A program made the translations under genes and the position numbers. This document shows, in pieces, positions 28,662-36,816 of a stretch of 64,000 bases of DNA (its first letter is position 1; each line of letters opens with the position of its first letter). The notes beneath the pieces were generated by a model. The model did not search any database, was not told where the DNA came from, and saw nothing but the letters and a program-made list of their open reading frames with translations. The DNA is from Longimicrobiales bacterium. Lineage in GTDB: Bacteria > Gemmatimonadota > Gemmatimonadetes > Longimicrobiales > RSA9. The stretch is taken from positions 6,207 through 70,206 of the forward strand of contig DASTYK010000162.1 of assembly GCA_035764935.1 (NCBI GenBank), written 5' to 3'.

Positions 28662-31340
28662 ATGAACGCTGCCGACATCCGACGCCGCTTCCTCGAGTAC
28701 TTCGAGCGCCAGGGCCACGCCATCCGGGCGAGCTCGCCACTCGTGCCGCAGGACGATCCGACGCTGCTCTTCACCAACGCCGGCATGGTGCAGTTCAAGC
28801 GCATCTTCCTGGGCGAGGAGACGGTGCCGTTCAACCGCGCGGTGACGTCGCAGAAGTGCCTGCGCGTGAGTGGCAAGCACAACGACCTCGAGGAGGTCGG
28901 TGTGACCCGCCGTCACCACACGTTCTTCGAGATGCTCGGCAACTTCTCCTTCGGCGACTACTTCAAGCGGGACGCGATCCGCTTCGCCTGGGAGCTGATC
29001 ACGGAGGAGTACGGTATTCCGAAGGACCGGCTCTGGGCGACGGTGCACTACACGGACGACGAGGCGGCGAAGCTGTGGGAGGAAGTCGCGGGGCTGCCGC
29101 CGCATCGCATCTTCCGGCTGGGCGACAAGGACAACTTCTGGCAGATGGGCGAGACGGGTCCGTGCGGGCCGTGCTCGGAGATTCACTACGACCTGCGCAC
29201 GGGGTCGGACCTCGGCGCGGAGGTCACCCAGGAGGAGTTCGAGGCGCTCGGCGAGCGCGGCGATATCCTCGAGCTGTGGAACCTGGTGTTCATGCAGTAC
29301 GACCGTTCGGCCGACGGCACGCTGACGCCGTTGCCGAAGCCGTCGATCGACACGGGTGCGGGGCTCGAGCGGCTGGCCAGCGTGCTGCAGGGCGTCGATT
29401 CCAACTACCGGACCGACCTGTTCGTTCCGCTCATCGAGCGGGGCGCCGAGGTCGTCGGCGAGGCGTACGACGCGGACTCGCCGCGGGGCGTGAGCTACCG
29501 CGTCCTGGCCGACCACGCGCGTGCCGTCGCGTTCCTCCTGGCGGACGGCGTGTACCCGACGAACGAGGGGCGCGGTTACGTGCTGCGCCGCGTGCTGCGC
29601 CGTGCGGTGCGGCATGCCTGGCTGCTCGGCCGGCGCGAGCCGACACTGGTGCACGTGGTCGATCGCGTGGTCGACATCATGGGCGACGCGTACCCGGAGC
29701 TGCGCGACCGGCGCGACCACCTGCTGCGCGCCACGCGGGAGGAGGAGGAGCGCTTCCTCTCCACCATCGACAGCGGGATGAGCCGCTTCGACGAGATTGC
29801 GCCGGCATTGCCGGAGACCGACTGGTCGGCGATCGAGCAGGGGACGAAGCCGTTCCCGGTCGTCGCAGGACAGGACGTGTTCCGGCTGTACGACACGTTC
29901 GGCTTTCCACTCGACCTGACGGAGCTGATCGCGCGCGAGCGGGGTTACCGTCTCGACGAGGAGGGGTTCGAGCGCGCGCTCGAGGAGCAGCGTGAACGCT
30001 CGCGGCAGGATCGGCGCGCGGCGGGTGTCGAAGCTGCAGACTCCCTGGCTCATGGCTGGGATGAGCTGGTCGACGCGCCCGCGCAGGAGTTCGTGGGCTA
30101 CGAGTACACCACGCTCGAGACGGACGTGATCGCGGTGCGGCGGGAGAACGGTCGCGCGGCGCTGCAGCTCGCGCGCAACCCGTTCTACGCCGAGGCGGGC
30201 GGCCAGGTCAGCGACCGCGGTGAGGTTCGCGGCGATGGCTGGCGCATGGTGGTCGATGAGGTGCGCCGGGTTGGCGGGCGGGTTGCGGTGATCGGTGACG
30301 TCGAGGGCGAGTTCCCGGCGGGAGCATCACCGTTCACGGCGGTCGCCACCGTGGAGCGGCCGTCACGGCTGGACACGCAGCGCAACCACACGGCGACGCA
30401 CCTGCTGCACGCGGCGCTGCGCGCCGTGCTGGGCGATCACGTCGTGCAGCGCGGCTCCCTCGTGGCGCCGGACCGCCTGCGCTTCGACTTCGCGCACTCG
30501 AAGCCGATGACGCCGGCCGAGATCCGCGAGGTGGAGGAGCGTGTGAACGACGCGATCCTGGCGAACCATCCGGTGCGTACCGAGCAGGCGCCGTATCGCG
30601 AGGCCGTCGCGCGTGGCGCGATGGCGCTGTTCGGCGAGAAGTATGGTGATGTGGTACGGGTGGTCACGATCCCGGACGTCAGCGTCGAGCTGTGCGGCGG
30701 CACGCACGTGAGTCACACGAGCGACATCGGCATGTTCCGGATCGTGAGCGAGAGCGGCGTGGCGGCGGGTATCCGCCGTATCGAGGCGGTCACCGGCCGC
30801 GAGGCGTACCGTCGCAGCGTGGAGCGCGACGGGATGCTGGAGCAGGCGGCAGCAATGCTCAAGACGACGCCCGACACGCTGCTGCGTCGTATCGAGCAGC
30901 TCACGGAGGAGCAGCGTGATCTGCGTCGCCAGCTCGAGCGGGCACGCACCGCGGGCGCGGGTGACCGCGTCGGCGAGTTGCTGTCCGCTGCGCAGGAGAT
31001 CGACGGCGTGCGGCTGATCGCCGCGGCCATCGACATTGCCGCGGCCGACGAGCTGCGCGCTCTGGGCGACCAGCTGCGCGAGCGCATGCAGAACGGTGTC
31101 GCGATCCTCGCCGGGCGCCAGGACGAGCGCGTGTCGCTGCTCGGCGTGGTGACCGACGACCTGCTGGCCAGGGGCATCCGCGCCGACACGATCGTTCGGG
31201 AGGTCGCGAAGGCGGCAGGCGGGTCGGGCGGCGGTCGCCCGCACATGGCGCAGGGCGGCGTCGCCGACGCATCGAAAGTGGATGCGGCGCTCGCCGGTGC
31301 GGCCGATGTGCTGCGCTCACAGCTCGCGAAGGCGAAGTGA
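28662..31340 (+). CDS. alaS: Alanine-tRNA ligase
   Basis: In-frame ATG gives MNAADIRRRFLEYFERQGH... Further motifs: FTNAGMVQFK, the editing-domain HTATHLLHAAL, CGGTHV, and a C-terminal DHHA1-like GGGRPHMAQGG. 892 aa. Confidence 0.95.
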   Translation: MNAADIRRRFLEYFERQGHAIRASSPLVPQDDPTLLFTNAGMVQFKRIFLGEETVPFNRAVTSQKCLRVSGKHNDLEEVGVTRRHHTFFEMLGNFSFGDYFKRDAIRFAWELITEEYGIPKDRLWATVHYTDDEAAKLWEEVAGLPPHRIFRLGDKDNFWQMGETGPCGPCSEIHYDLRTGSDLGAEVTQEEFEALGERGDILELWNLVFMQYDRSADGTLTPLPKPSIDTGAGLERLASVLQGVDSNYRTDLFVPLIERGAEVVGEAYDADSPRGVSYRVLADHARAVAFLLADGVYPTNEGRGYVLRRVLRRAVRHAWLLGRREPTLVHVVDRVVDIMGDAYPELRDRRDHLLRATREEEERFLSTIDSGMSRFDEIAPALPETDWSAIEQGTKPFPVVAGQDVFRLYDTFGFPLDLTELIARERGYRLDEEGFERALEEQRERSRQDRRAAGVEAADSLAHGWDELVDAPAQEFVGYEYTTLETDVIAVRRENGRAALQLARNPFYAEAGGQVSDRGEVRGDGWRMVVDEVRRVGGRVAVIGDVEGEFPAGASPFTAVATVERPSRLDTQRNHTATHLLHAALRAVLGDHVVQRGSLVAPDRLRFDFAHSKPMTPAEIREVEERVNDAILANHPVRTEQAPYREAVARGAMALFGEKYGDVVRVVTIPDVSVELCGGTHVSHTSDIGMFRIVSESGVAAGIRRIEAVTGREAYRRSVERDGMLEQAAAMLKTTPDTLLRRIEQLTEEQRDLRRQLERARTAGAGDRVGELLSAAQEIDGVRLIAAAIDIAAADELRALGDQLRERMQNGVAILAGRQDERVSLLGVVTDDLLARGIRADTIVREVAKAAGGSGGGRPHMAQGGVADASKVDAALAGAADVLRSQLAKAK

Positions 31341-31687
31341 TGAGCATCGACCCGACCGATGTCCCGGTGCCGCTGGCCCGCCGCATGGCGGAGCTGCTCG
31401 CGCAGACGGCTCCGCGCGCCCGCGATGACGGGCATGCCGCGAATGGCGGGACGCACGCGTCCGCGGATACACCCGCGCTGTCCACCGGCGCTGATCCGGA
31501 TACACTTGCCGCGGCCGGCCTGGCCGCGCTGCGTCGTGCGCTCTCTGCGATCAGCACCGAAGAGGCCGCATCGGACCTGCTCGCGGCGGATGCCCTGATC
31601 ACGCATGCGTGTGCCAGCGCGGCGAGCGACGGCGTACCCGGCGCGCTCGCGCCAGAGCATTTCGTCGCACTGCTGGAGGAGCAGTGA
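31337..31687 (+). CDS. Hypothetical Ala-rich protein (116 aa)
   Basis: The ORF starts at GTG 31337 or ATG 31340, overlapping the alaS TGA. Third-position GC is high. The stop overlaps the next gene's GTG (GTGA). I recognised no family. Confidence 0.5.
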   Translation: MMSIDPTDVPVPLARRMAELLAQTAPRARDDGHAANGGTHASADTPALSTGADPDTLAAAGLAALRRALSAISTEEAASDLLAADALITHACASAASDGVPGALAPEHFVALLEEQ

Positions 31688-32271
31688 GCACGTCACCCCT
31701 TGTCGGCGCGCATCTGCTCGCGCTGGCCGAGGCAGCGCGCGAGACGGTGGAAGCACTGGCGGGGGAGCTGGACGGCATCGTCTCTGACGTGGCGGCCACG
31801 TTCGATGCGGGCGGCAAGCTCATGTTCTGCGGCAATGGTGGCTCGGCGGCCGACGCGCAGCACCTCGCGACGGAGTACGTGGTGCGGTTCCGCCGGGAAG
31901 GCCGTGCGCTGCCTGCGATCGCGCTCACGACCGACACGTCGCTGCTGACCGCCGCCGCGAACGACATGGGCTTCGTCGAGGTGTTTGCGCGGCAGGTCGA
32001 GGCGCTCGGCCGGCCGGGCGATCTGCTCGTTCTGCATTCCACATCCGGCAACTCGCCCAACCTGCTGGCTGCAGCGCGCACCGCGAAGGAAGGGGGCGTG
32101 CGCACGATCGCTCTGCTTGCGCGTGGCGGTGGACAGCTCAGGGAGCTGGTGGACCGTGCCGTGGTCCTTCCCCTGGACGACGGCGCGCACGCACAGGAGC
32201 TGCAGCTCGCGATCGGACACGCGGTGTGCGACGAGATCGAGCGTCGGCTGCGCGGAGAACAGGCATCGTGA
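31684..32271 (+). CDS. SIS-domain protein (GmhA/DiaA-like phosphoheptose isomerase family)
   Basis: GTG at 31684. Motifs: GGKLMFCGNGGSAADAQHLATEYV...LTTDTSLLTAAANDMGF...LLVLHSTSGNSPN. 195 aa, which fits the family size. Confidence 0.8.
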   Translation: MSTSPLVGAHLLALAEAARETVEALAGELDGIVSDVAATFDAGGKLMFCGNGGSAADAQHLATEYVVRFRREGRALPAIALTTDTSLLTAAANDMGFVEVFARQVEALGRPGDLLVLHSTSGNSPNLLAAARTAKEGGVRTIALLARGGGQLRELVDRAVVLPLDDGAHAQELQLAIGHAVCDEIERRLRGEQAS

Positions 32272-32669
32272 GCACGATCACGTTTCTGCATGACGCGCGT
32301 GCGGCCGAGAAGGAGCAGGCGCTGTTCTATCGCGCGCTTGCCGCACTGGCCGAGGAGCGCCGTGACGCGGCACTGTCCGAGCGACTGAACGGGCTGCACG
32401 CGGACGAGCAGCATCACCTGTCCCGCCTGACGGCGCGACTGGTGGAGCTGAACGAGCCGCTGGCCGACCTCTCGCTGCTGGAGCCGCCGTCCACGGATCT
32501 CGATACCTGGGAGGATTCGGCGCATGCGCGTGAGGCGGACGAGATCGCGCGCTACGAGATGTTGCTCGCCCAGGAGCTGGATGCCGACACGCGTACGATG
32601 ATCGAGGCCTTCCTGGAAGCGGAGCGCGCCCACGCGCGTGAGCTAGGCGGCAAGTGGATGGACGCGTGA
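32268..32669 (+). CDS. Ferritin-like/rubrerythrin-like helical protein
   Basis: GTG at 32268 (GTGA overlap). EKEQALFYRALAA...LHADEQHHLSRL...EADEIARYEML...EAERAHAREL suggests paired E...ExxH-type four-helix-bundle motifs. Confidence 0.55.
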   Translation: MSTITFLHDARAAEKEQALFYRALAALAEERRDAALSERLNGLHADEQHHLSRLTARLVELNEPLADLSLLEPPSTDLDTWEDSAHAREADEIARYEMLLAQELDADTRTMIEAFLEAERAHARELGGKWMDA

Positions 32670-34018
32670 GCCGTACGACACGCCAGCTGCAGGCGCCACG
32701 AGCCGTCCACGAGATTGCCGGGAAGCTGCGTCGCCACGGGCACCAGGCCTGGGCGGTGGGTGGTGCGGTGCGCGACGTCGTGCTCGGAGTACCGGCCACG
32801 GACTGGGACATCGCGACGAGCGCGCGCCCGCAGGACGTGCGGTCCATCTTCCGGCGGACAGTGCCGATCGGCATCGAGCACGGCACGGTCGGGGTGCTGT
32901 GGAAGGACGGCGTGATGTACGAGGTGACGACGTTCCGGAAGGACGTCGAGACTGACGGCCGCCACGCAGTCGTCGCCTTCGCCGACCGCATCGAGGACGA
33001 CCTCGCGCGCCGAGATTTCACGATCAACGCGCTCGCCTGGGATCCCGCGACCACGGAGCTGTACGATCCGTATGGCGGTCTGAACGACATCGAGGCGCGG
33101 GTGATCCGCACGGTCGGTAATGCGAAGGACCGCTTTGCCGAGGACTACCTGCGCGTGCTGCGCGCGCTGCGCTTCGCCGGCCACCTCGATTACACGATCG
33201 ATGAGGCGACGTGGAGCGCGCTCCAGGCGGCGACGCCGCAGCTGACGCGGCTCAGCGTGGAGCGGGTGCGTGAGGAGCTGACCAAGGTGCTGCAGCAGAC
33301 GACACGCGCGTCGCGCACGCTCGAGCTGTATCGTGCGTCCTCGGCCCTCGAGGTGCTCTACCCGGAGCTGGCAGCTACCGTCGGCGTGCAGCCGAGCGAG
33401 GATGGACCTGACGTGTGGACGCTCTCGCTGGGCGCCGTGGATGCCGTTCCACGACACCGCGTCCGGCTCCGCCTGGCCGCCCTGCTGCACGGGATCGGAA
33501 TGCCGGCCGCACGCACCAGGAGTCTGCGCGGCGGCTGGAGCTACGTGGGGCACGAGCAGATCGGTGCCAGAAAGACGGGGGAGCTGCTCAGGCGCCTGCG
33601 CGCGTCCAACGCGGACATCGAGCACGTCGAAGCGCTGGTGCGTCTGCAGAGTGCACTGTTCCCGCCGGATGCGCCCGACGCCGGCGTGCGGCGCTGGCTG
33701 CGCGATGTCGAGCCCCACCGCGTCGGCGACCTGTTCCGGCTGCGCTTCGCGCTCTGGCGTGCCCACCCGGTAGAGCGGGGCGACCGCGATCTTTGCACCC
33801 GGTGGCGCCATGCGCACGCAGTGATGCTCGGCAGGCCGGTGCTCACCACCGGCGGGCTGGCCGTCGACGGCGGAGACCTGAAGCGCCTGGGGCTCGAGCC
33901 CGGTCCCCGGTTCGGCGAGATCCTCGGTGCCCTTCTCGAGCGCGTCATCGAGGAGCCGGAGCTGAACACCAGGGAGCGGCTGGTCGCGATCATCGAGCAG
34001 GAGCTGATCGACCGGTGA
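32666..34018 (+). CDS. cca: CCA-adding tRNA nucleotidyltransferase / poly(A) polymerase family, with a degenerate HD region
   Basis: AWAVGGAVRDVVLG..DWDIATSARP, IEHGTVGV and RRDFTINALA form the class II NTase head. The start is GTG 32666 (GTGA overlap) or GTG 32654. Confidence 0.85.
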   Translation: MSRTTRQLQAPRAVHEIAGKLRRHGHQAWAVGGAVRDVVLGVPATDWDIATSARPQDVRSIFRRTVPIGIEHGTVGVLWKDGVMYEVTTFRKDVETDGRHAVVAFADRIEDDLARRDFTINALAWDPATTELYDPYGGLNDIEARVIRTVGNAKDRFAEDYLRVLRALRFAGHLDYTIDEATWSALQAATPQLTRLSVERVREELTKVLQQTTRASRTLELYRASSALEVLYPELAATVGVQPSEDGPDVWTLSLGAVDAVPRHRVRLRLAALLHGIGMPAARTRSLRGGWSYVGHEQIGARKTGELLRRLRASNADIEHVEALVRLQSALFPPDAPDAGVRRWLRDVEPHRVGDLFRLRFALWRAHPVERGDRDLCTRWRHAHAVMLGRPVLTTGGLAVDGGDLKRLGLEPGPRFGEILGALLERVIEEPELNTRERLVAIIEQELIDR

Positions 34019-34737
34019 TCGAGGGACTGCTCTACTCCGTGATCGCGGCGCTCGGCGACGTCCTGGGCGGCGCGCTCGTGACGTTCCGCCGCAACGTCAG
34101 CCGGGCTGCGCTCGGCATCCTGGTCGGCTTCGGGGCGGGCTTCATGCTGGCCGTCGCACTGCTCGCCATGCTGCCCGCGGCGATGGACGCCCGGGGCGGT
34201 GCGCTCGCCGTCCTGATCGGCTACCTGCTGGTGCACCTCACGCAGCACGTGCTGACGCCGCATTTCCATTACGGCGAAGAGACGCACACCGAGGCCATGG
34301 TATCGAAGGGCATCGGGGTCTGGGCGCTGATCGGGCTGCTGCCGCATTCCTTCTTCGACGGTGTCGCGATCGCGAGTGCATTCCTGGGCGGCCACAGCCT
34401 GGGCGTACTCGTGTTCACGGCGGTGCTGCTGCACAAGATCCCCACGGGCGTATCGCTGGCAAGCGTCATGCGCGCCAGCGGGAACTCGCGGCGGCGCACC
34501 ATGCTGGCCGTCGTGCTGATCGCGCTGGCGACCGTGGCGGGTGGGGCAATCACTCCCGGCATGACCCTGCTGGCCGACTACGGACTCGCGGTCGCTGCAG
34601 GGGTGACCATCTACGTGGCGGCGTCCAACCTCATTCCGGAATCCCAGCACGAGCACGACTGGAAAGTGCAGGTGGGCGTATTCATCGGCGTCGCCGCATA
34701 CTGGCTGACGTCCCTGCTGGTGGGGCACGCCCACTGA
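34015..34737 (+). CDS. ZIP-family divalent metal (zinc) transporter
   Basis: GTG at 34015 (GTGA overlap with cca). It is multi-TM, with HSFFDGVAIASAF and LLHKIPTGVSLA motifs. 240 aa. Confidence 0.85.
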   Translation: MIEGLLYSVIAALGDVLGGALVTFRRNVSRAALGILVGFGAGFMLAVALLAMLPAAMDARGGALAVLIGYLLVHLTQHVLTPHFHYGEETHTEAMVSKGIGVWALIGLLPHSFFDGVAIASAFLGGHSLGVLVFTAVLLHKIPTGVSLASVMRASGNSRRRTMLAVVLIALATVAGGAITPGMTLLADYGLAVAAGVTIYVAASNLIPESQHEHDWKVQVGVFIGVAAYWLTSLLVGHAH

Positions 34738-34757
34738 CCGGGCGTGTATCCGAAGGC

Positions 34758-36164
34758 ATGAGCGAGTTCGATCTGTTCGAGGGGCACGACGGCGACGCAG
34801 CCGCCAGTGCGGGCGGCAGCGAAGGGCCTGTCGCCGGTGCCCCGCTCGCGGCGCGGATGCGGCCGAGGACGCTGGAGGACTACGTCGGGCAGCAGCACCT
34901 GCTCGCACCCGGTCGCGCGTTGCGCGAGCTGATCGAAAAGGATGCGATCGGCAGCATCATCCTCTGGGGCCCGCCCGGTACCGGCAAGACGACGATCGCA
35001 CGCATCATCGCGGAGCGTACCAACGCTGCGTTCGTCGAGTTCAGTGCCGTTACGGAAGGCGTGGCGCGCGTTCGCGAGATCATCCGGGAAGCCGAAGCGC
35101 GCCGGCGCGCAATGCAGCGCCGCACGATCCTTTTCTGTGACGAGATCCACCGCTTCAACAAGGCGCAGCAGGACGCGTTTCTGCCGCACGTCGAGAAGGG
35201 CACGGTTGCACTGATCGGGGCGACGACCGAGAACCCGTCGTTCGAGGTGATCGGCGCGCTGCTCAGCCGCTCGCGCGTGTTCGTGCTCGAGCCGCTCTCC
35301 GTGGACGACGTCCGTACCATCCTGCAGCGCGCGCTCACGGACGAGGAGCGTGGCCTCGCATCCTGGCACATCCAGGTCGCGGACGACGCGCTCACGTTTC
35401 TCGCGGAGCAGGCGGATGGCGATGCACGCCGTGCGCTGAACGGGCTCGAGGCAGCAGCGGAGATGGCCGGTGCCGGCGGGACGCTGACCGTGGAGGTCGC
35501 ACGCGAGGCCATGCAGTTGCGCTTCGCGCGCTTCGACAAGTCGGGCGAGGAGTTCTACAACATCCTGTCGGCGTATCACAAGGCGCTGCGCGGCAGCGAT
35601 CCGGATGGGGCGCTGTACTGGATGGCCCGCTGGATCGACGGCGGCGGCGATCCGCTGGCACTGTTCCGTCGCGGGATCGCGATGTCCGCGGAGGACATCG
35701 GCCTCGCCGATCCGCAGGCTCTGCGGATCGCGGTTGCGGCCCGCGAAGCGTTCCAGGTGCTCGGGCCACCGGAAGGGTTCCTGCCGCTCGCGGAGATGAC
35801 CATCTACCTGGCGACGGCGCCCAAGTCGAACTCGGGATACCGGGGGCTGAACGCGGCGCTGGAGGCGGCGCGTCGCACCCCCGCCGCACCCGTGCCAATG
35901 CACATCCGGAATGCGCCCACCAGGCTCATGAAGGACCTCGGCTACCACCAGGGCTACCGTTACGCGCACGATTCGCCCGATCGCTACCTCCCGCAGGAGT
36001 ACCTCCCCGACGAGGTGCGCGGCGAAACGTTCTACGAGCCGGGCCCGTTCGCATACGAGCGTGAGATCGCCAGGCGGCTCAGCTGGTGGGCGCGGCTGAA
36101 GGGCGAGGGCGGGGATGCGGGTAATGAGGGGCACGATCCCGCAGAGGACGCCGGCGGCGGATGA
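34758..36164 (+). CDS. rarA: Replication-associated recombination protein A (AAA+ ATPase)
   Basis: 468-aa ORF. Motifs: PLAARMRPRTLEDYVGQQHLL, LWGPPGTGKTT, LFCDEIHRFNKAQQD, a MgsA C-terminal-like region, and HIRNAPT. Confidence 0.9.
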   Translation: MSEFDLFEGHDGDAAASAGGSEGPVAGAPLAARMRPRTLEDYVGQQHLLAPGRALRELIEKDAIGSIILWGPPGTGKTTIARIIAERTNAAFVEFSAVTEGVARVREIIREAEARRRAMQRRTILFCDEIHRFNKAQQDAFLPHVEKGTVALIGATTENPSFEVIGALLSRSRVFVLEPLSVDDVRTILQRALTDEERGLASWHIQVADDALTFLAEQADGDARRALNGLEAAAEMAGAGGTLTVEVAREAMQLRFARFDKSGEEFYNILSAYHKALRGSDPDGALYWMARWIDGGGDPLALFRRGIAMSAEDIGLADPQALRIAVAAREAFQVLGPPEGFLPLAEMTIYLATAPKSNSGYRGLNAALEAARRTPAAPVPMHIRNAPTRLMKDLGYHQGYRYAHDSPDRYLPQEYLPDEVRGETFYEPGPFAYEREIARRLSWWARLKGEGGDAGNEGHDPAEDAGGG

Positions 36165-36253
36165 GGGAACCGGAACACCAGCGAACCGGTACGCCAGTGC
36201 GGCACGCGAATGGCAGATCGAAGCGTGACCTGTCGTCTACCGGAGACTGTTTC

Positions 36254-36733
36254 ATGAAGCGTCATCTTTCGTCAGTGCTGTTTGCCGGAGTGCTCATCCT
36301 CGGCGCCTGTTCGGCCGTGTTCCGACAGCCCGTCGTGACACTCGACACATTCCGCCTCCAGTCGATCGGGCTGCGTGGCGGTACGCTGGTCGCCCGTGTC
36401 CACGTCGAGAACCCGAACGGGTTCGACCTGCGGACAGAGCGGCTGGACTACCTGATCGAAGTCGCCGAATCCGACACGGCGGATGCCGTGACCTGGCGGC
36501 CGCTGGCGACGGGGGCGTTCGAGGAAGAGGTGCGCGTACCGGCCAACAGCGCCGCGTACGTGGAGATCCCGATCGAGTTCAGCTTCAGCGATATGGGCGG
36601 ACTGCTCCGACCGATCCTGGACCGCGGTGTGATCCAGTACCGCGTGCGGGGCGAGGTGGACGTGGAGGACCCGGTGACGCGGACCGTGCCGTACCGGCAC
36701 GAGGGCAGTGTCACGCTGAGCGGGGTGCACTGA
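36254..36733 (+). CDS. LEA_2 (NDR1/HIN1-like, water-stress) domain lipoprotein
   Basis: In-frame ATG gives MKRHLSSVLFAGVLILGACS (lipobox LGAC). It is followed by a beta-rich LEA14-like region (VTLDTFRLQSIGLRGGTLVARVHVENPNGFDL...YRVRGEVDV). Confidence 0.65.
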   Translation: MKRHLSSVLFAGVLILGACSAVFRQPVVTLDTFRLQSIGLRGGTLVARVHVENPNGFDLRTERLDYLIEVAESDTADAVTWRPLATGAFEEEVRVPANSAAYVEIPIEFSFSDMGGLLRPILDRGVIQYRVRGEVDVEDPVTRTVPYRHEGSVTLSGVH

Positions 36734-36816
36734 CGAGTGCGGCGCACGCGCGCTCTGGCGGCGGACCGGCGGAATCCGCAACGTAGGACGAGGCACACCC
36801 GAACAGGAGCACGACC

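Noticed and set aside
28299-30053. Other long antisense or shadow ORFs: 28299..30053(-) vs alaS, 19710..21749(-) vs glmS, 4331..6562(+) and 6830..7816(+) vs treS, 2727..4556(+) vs malQ, 45281..47626(-) vs ctc/pth/hppA, 41046..42146(-), 60423..61823(-), 51793..53322(-), 33541..34908(-), 34611..36134(-), 39154..40671(-), among others.
   Set aside because: Each overlaps a gene with clear family motifs on the other strand. Their translations are Arg/Pro/Ala/Gly-rich low-complexity sequences with no motifs. This is the expected artefact of high GC content.
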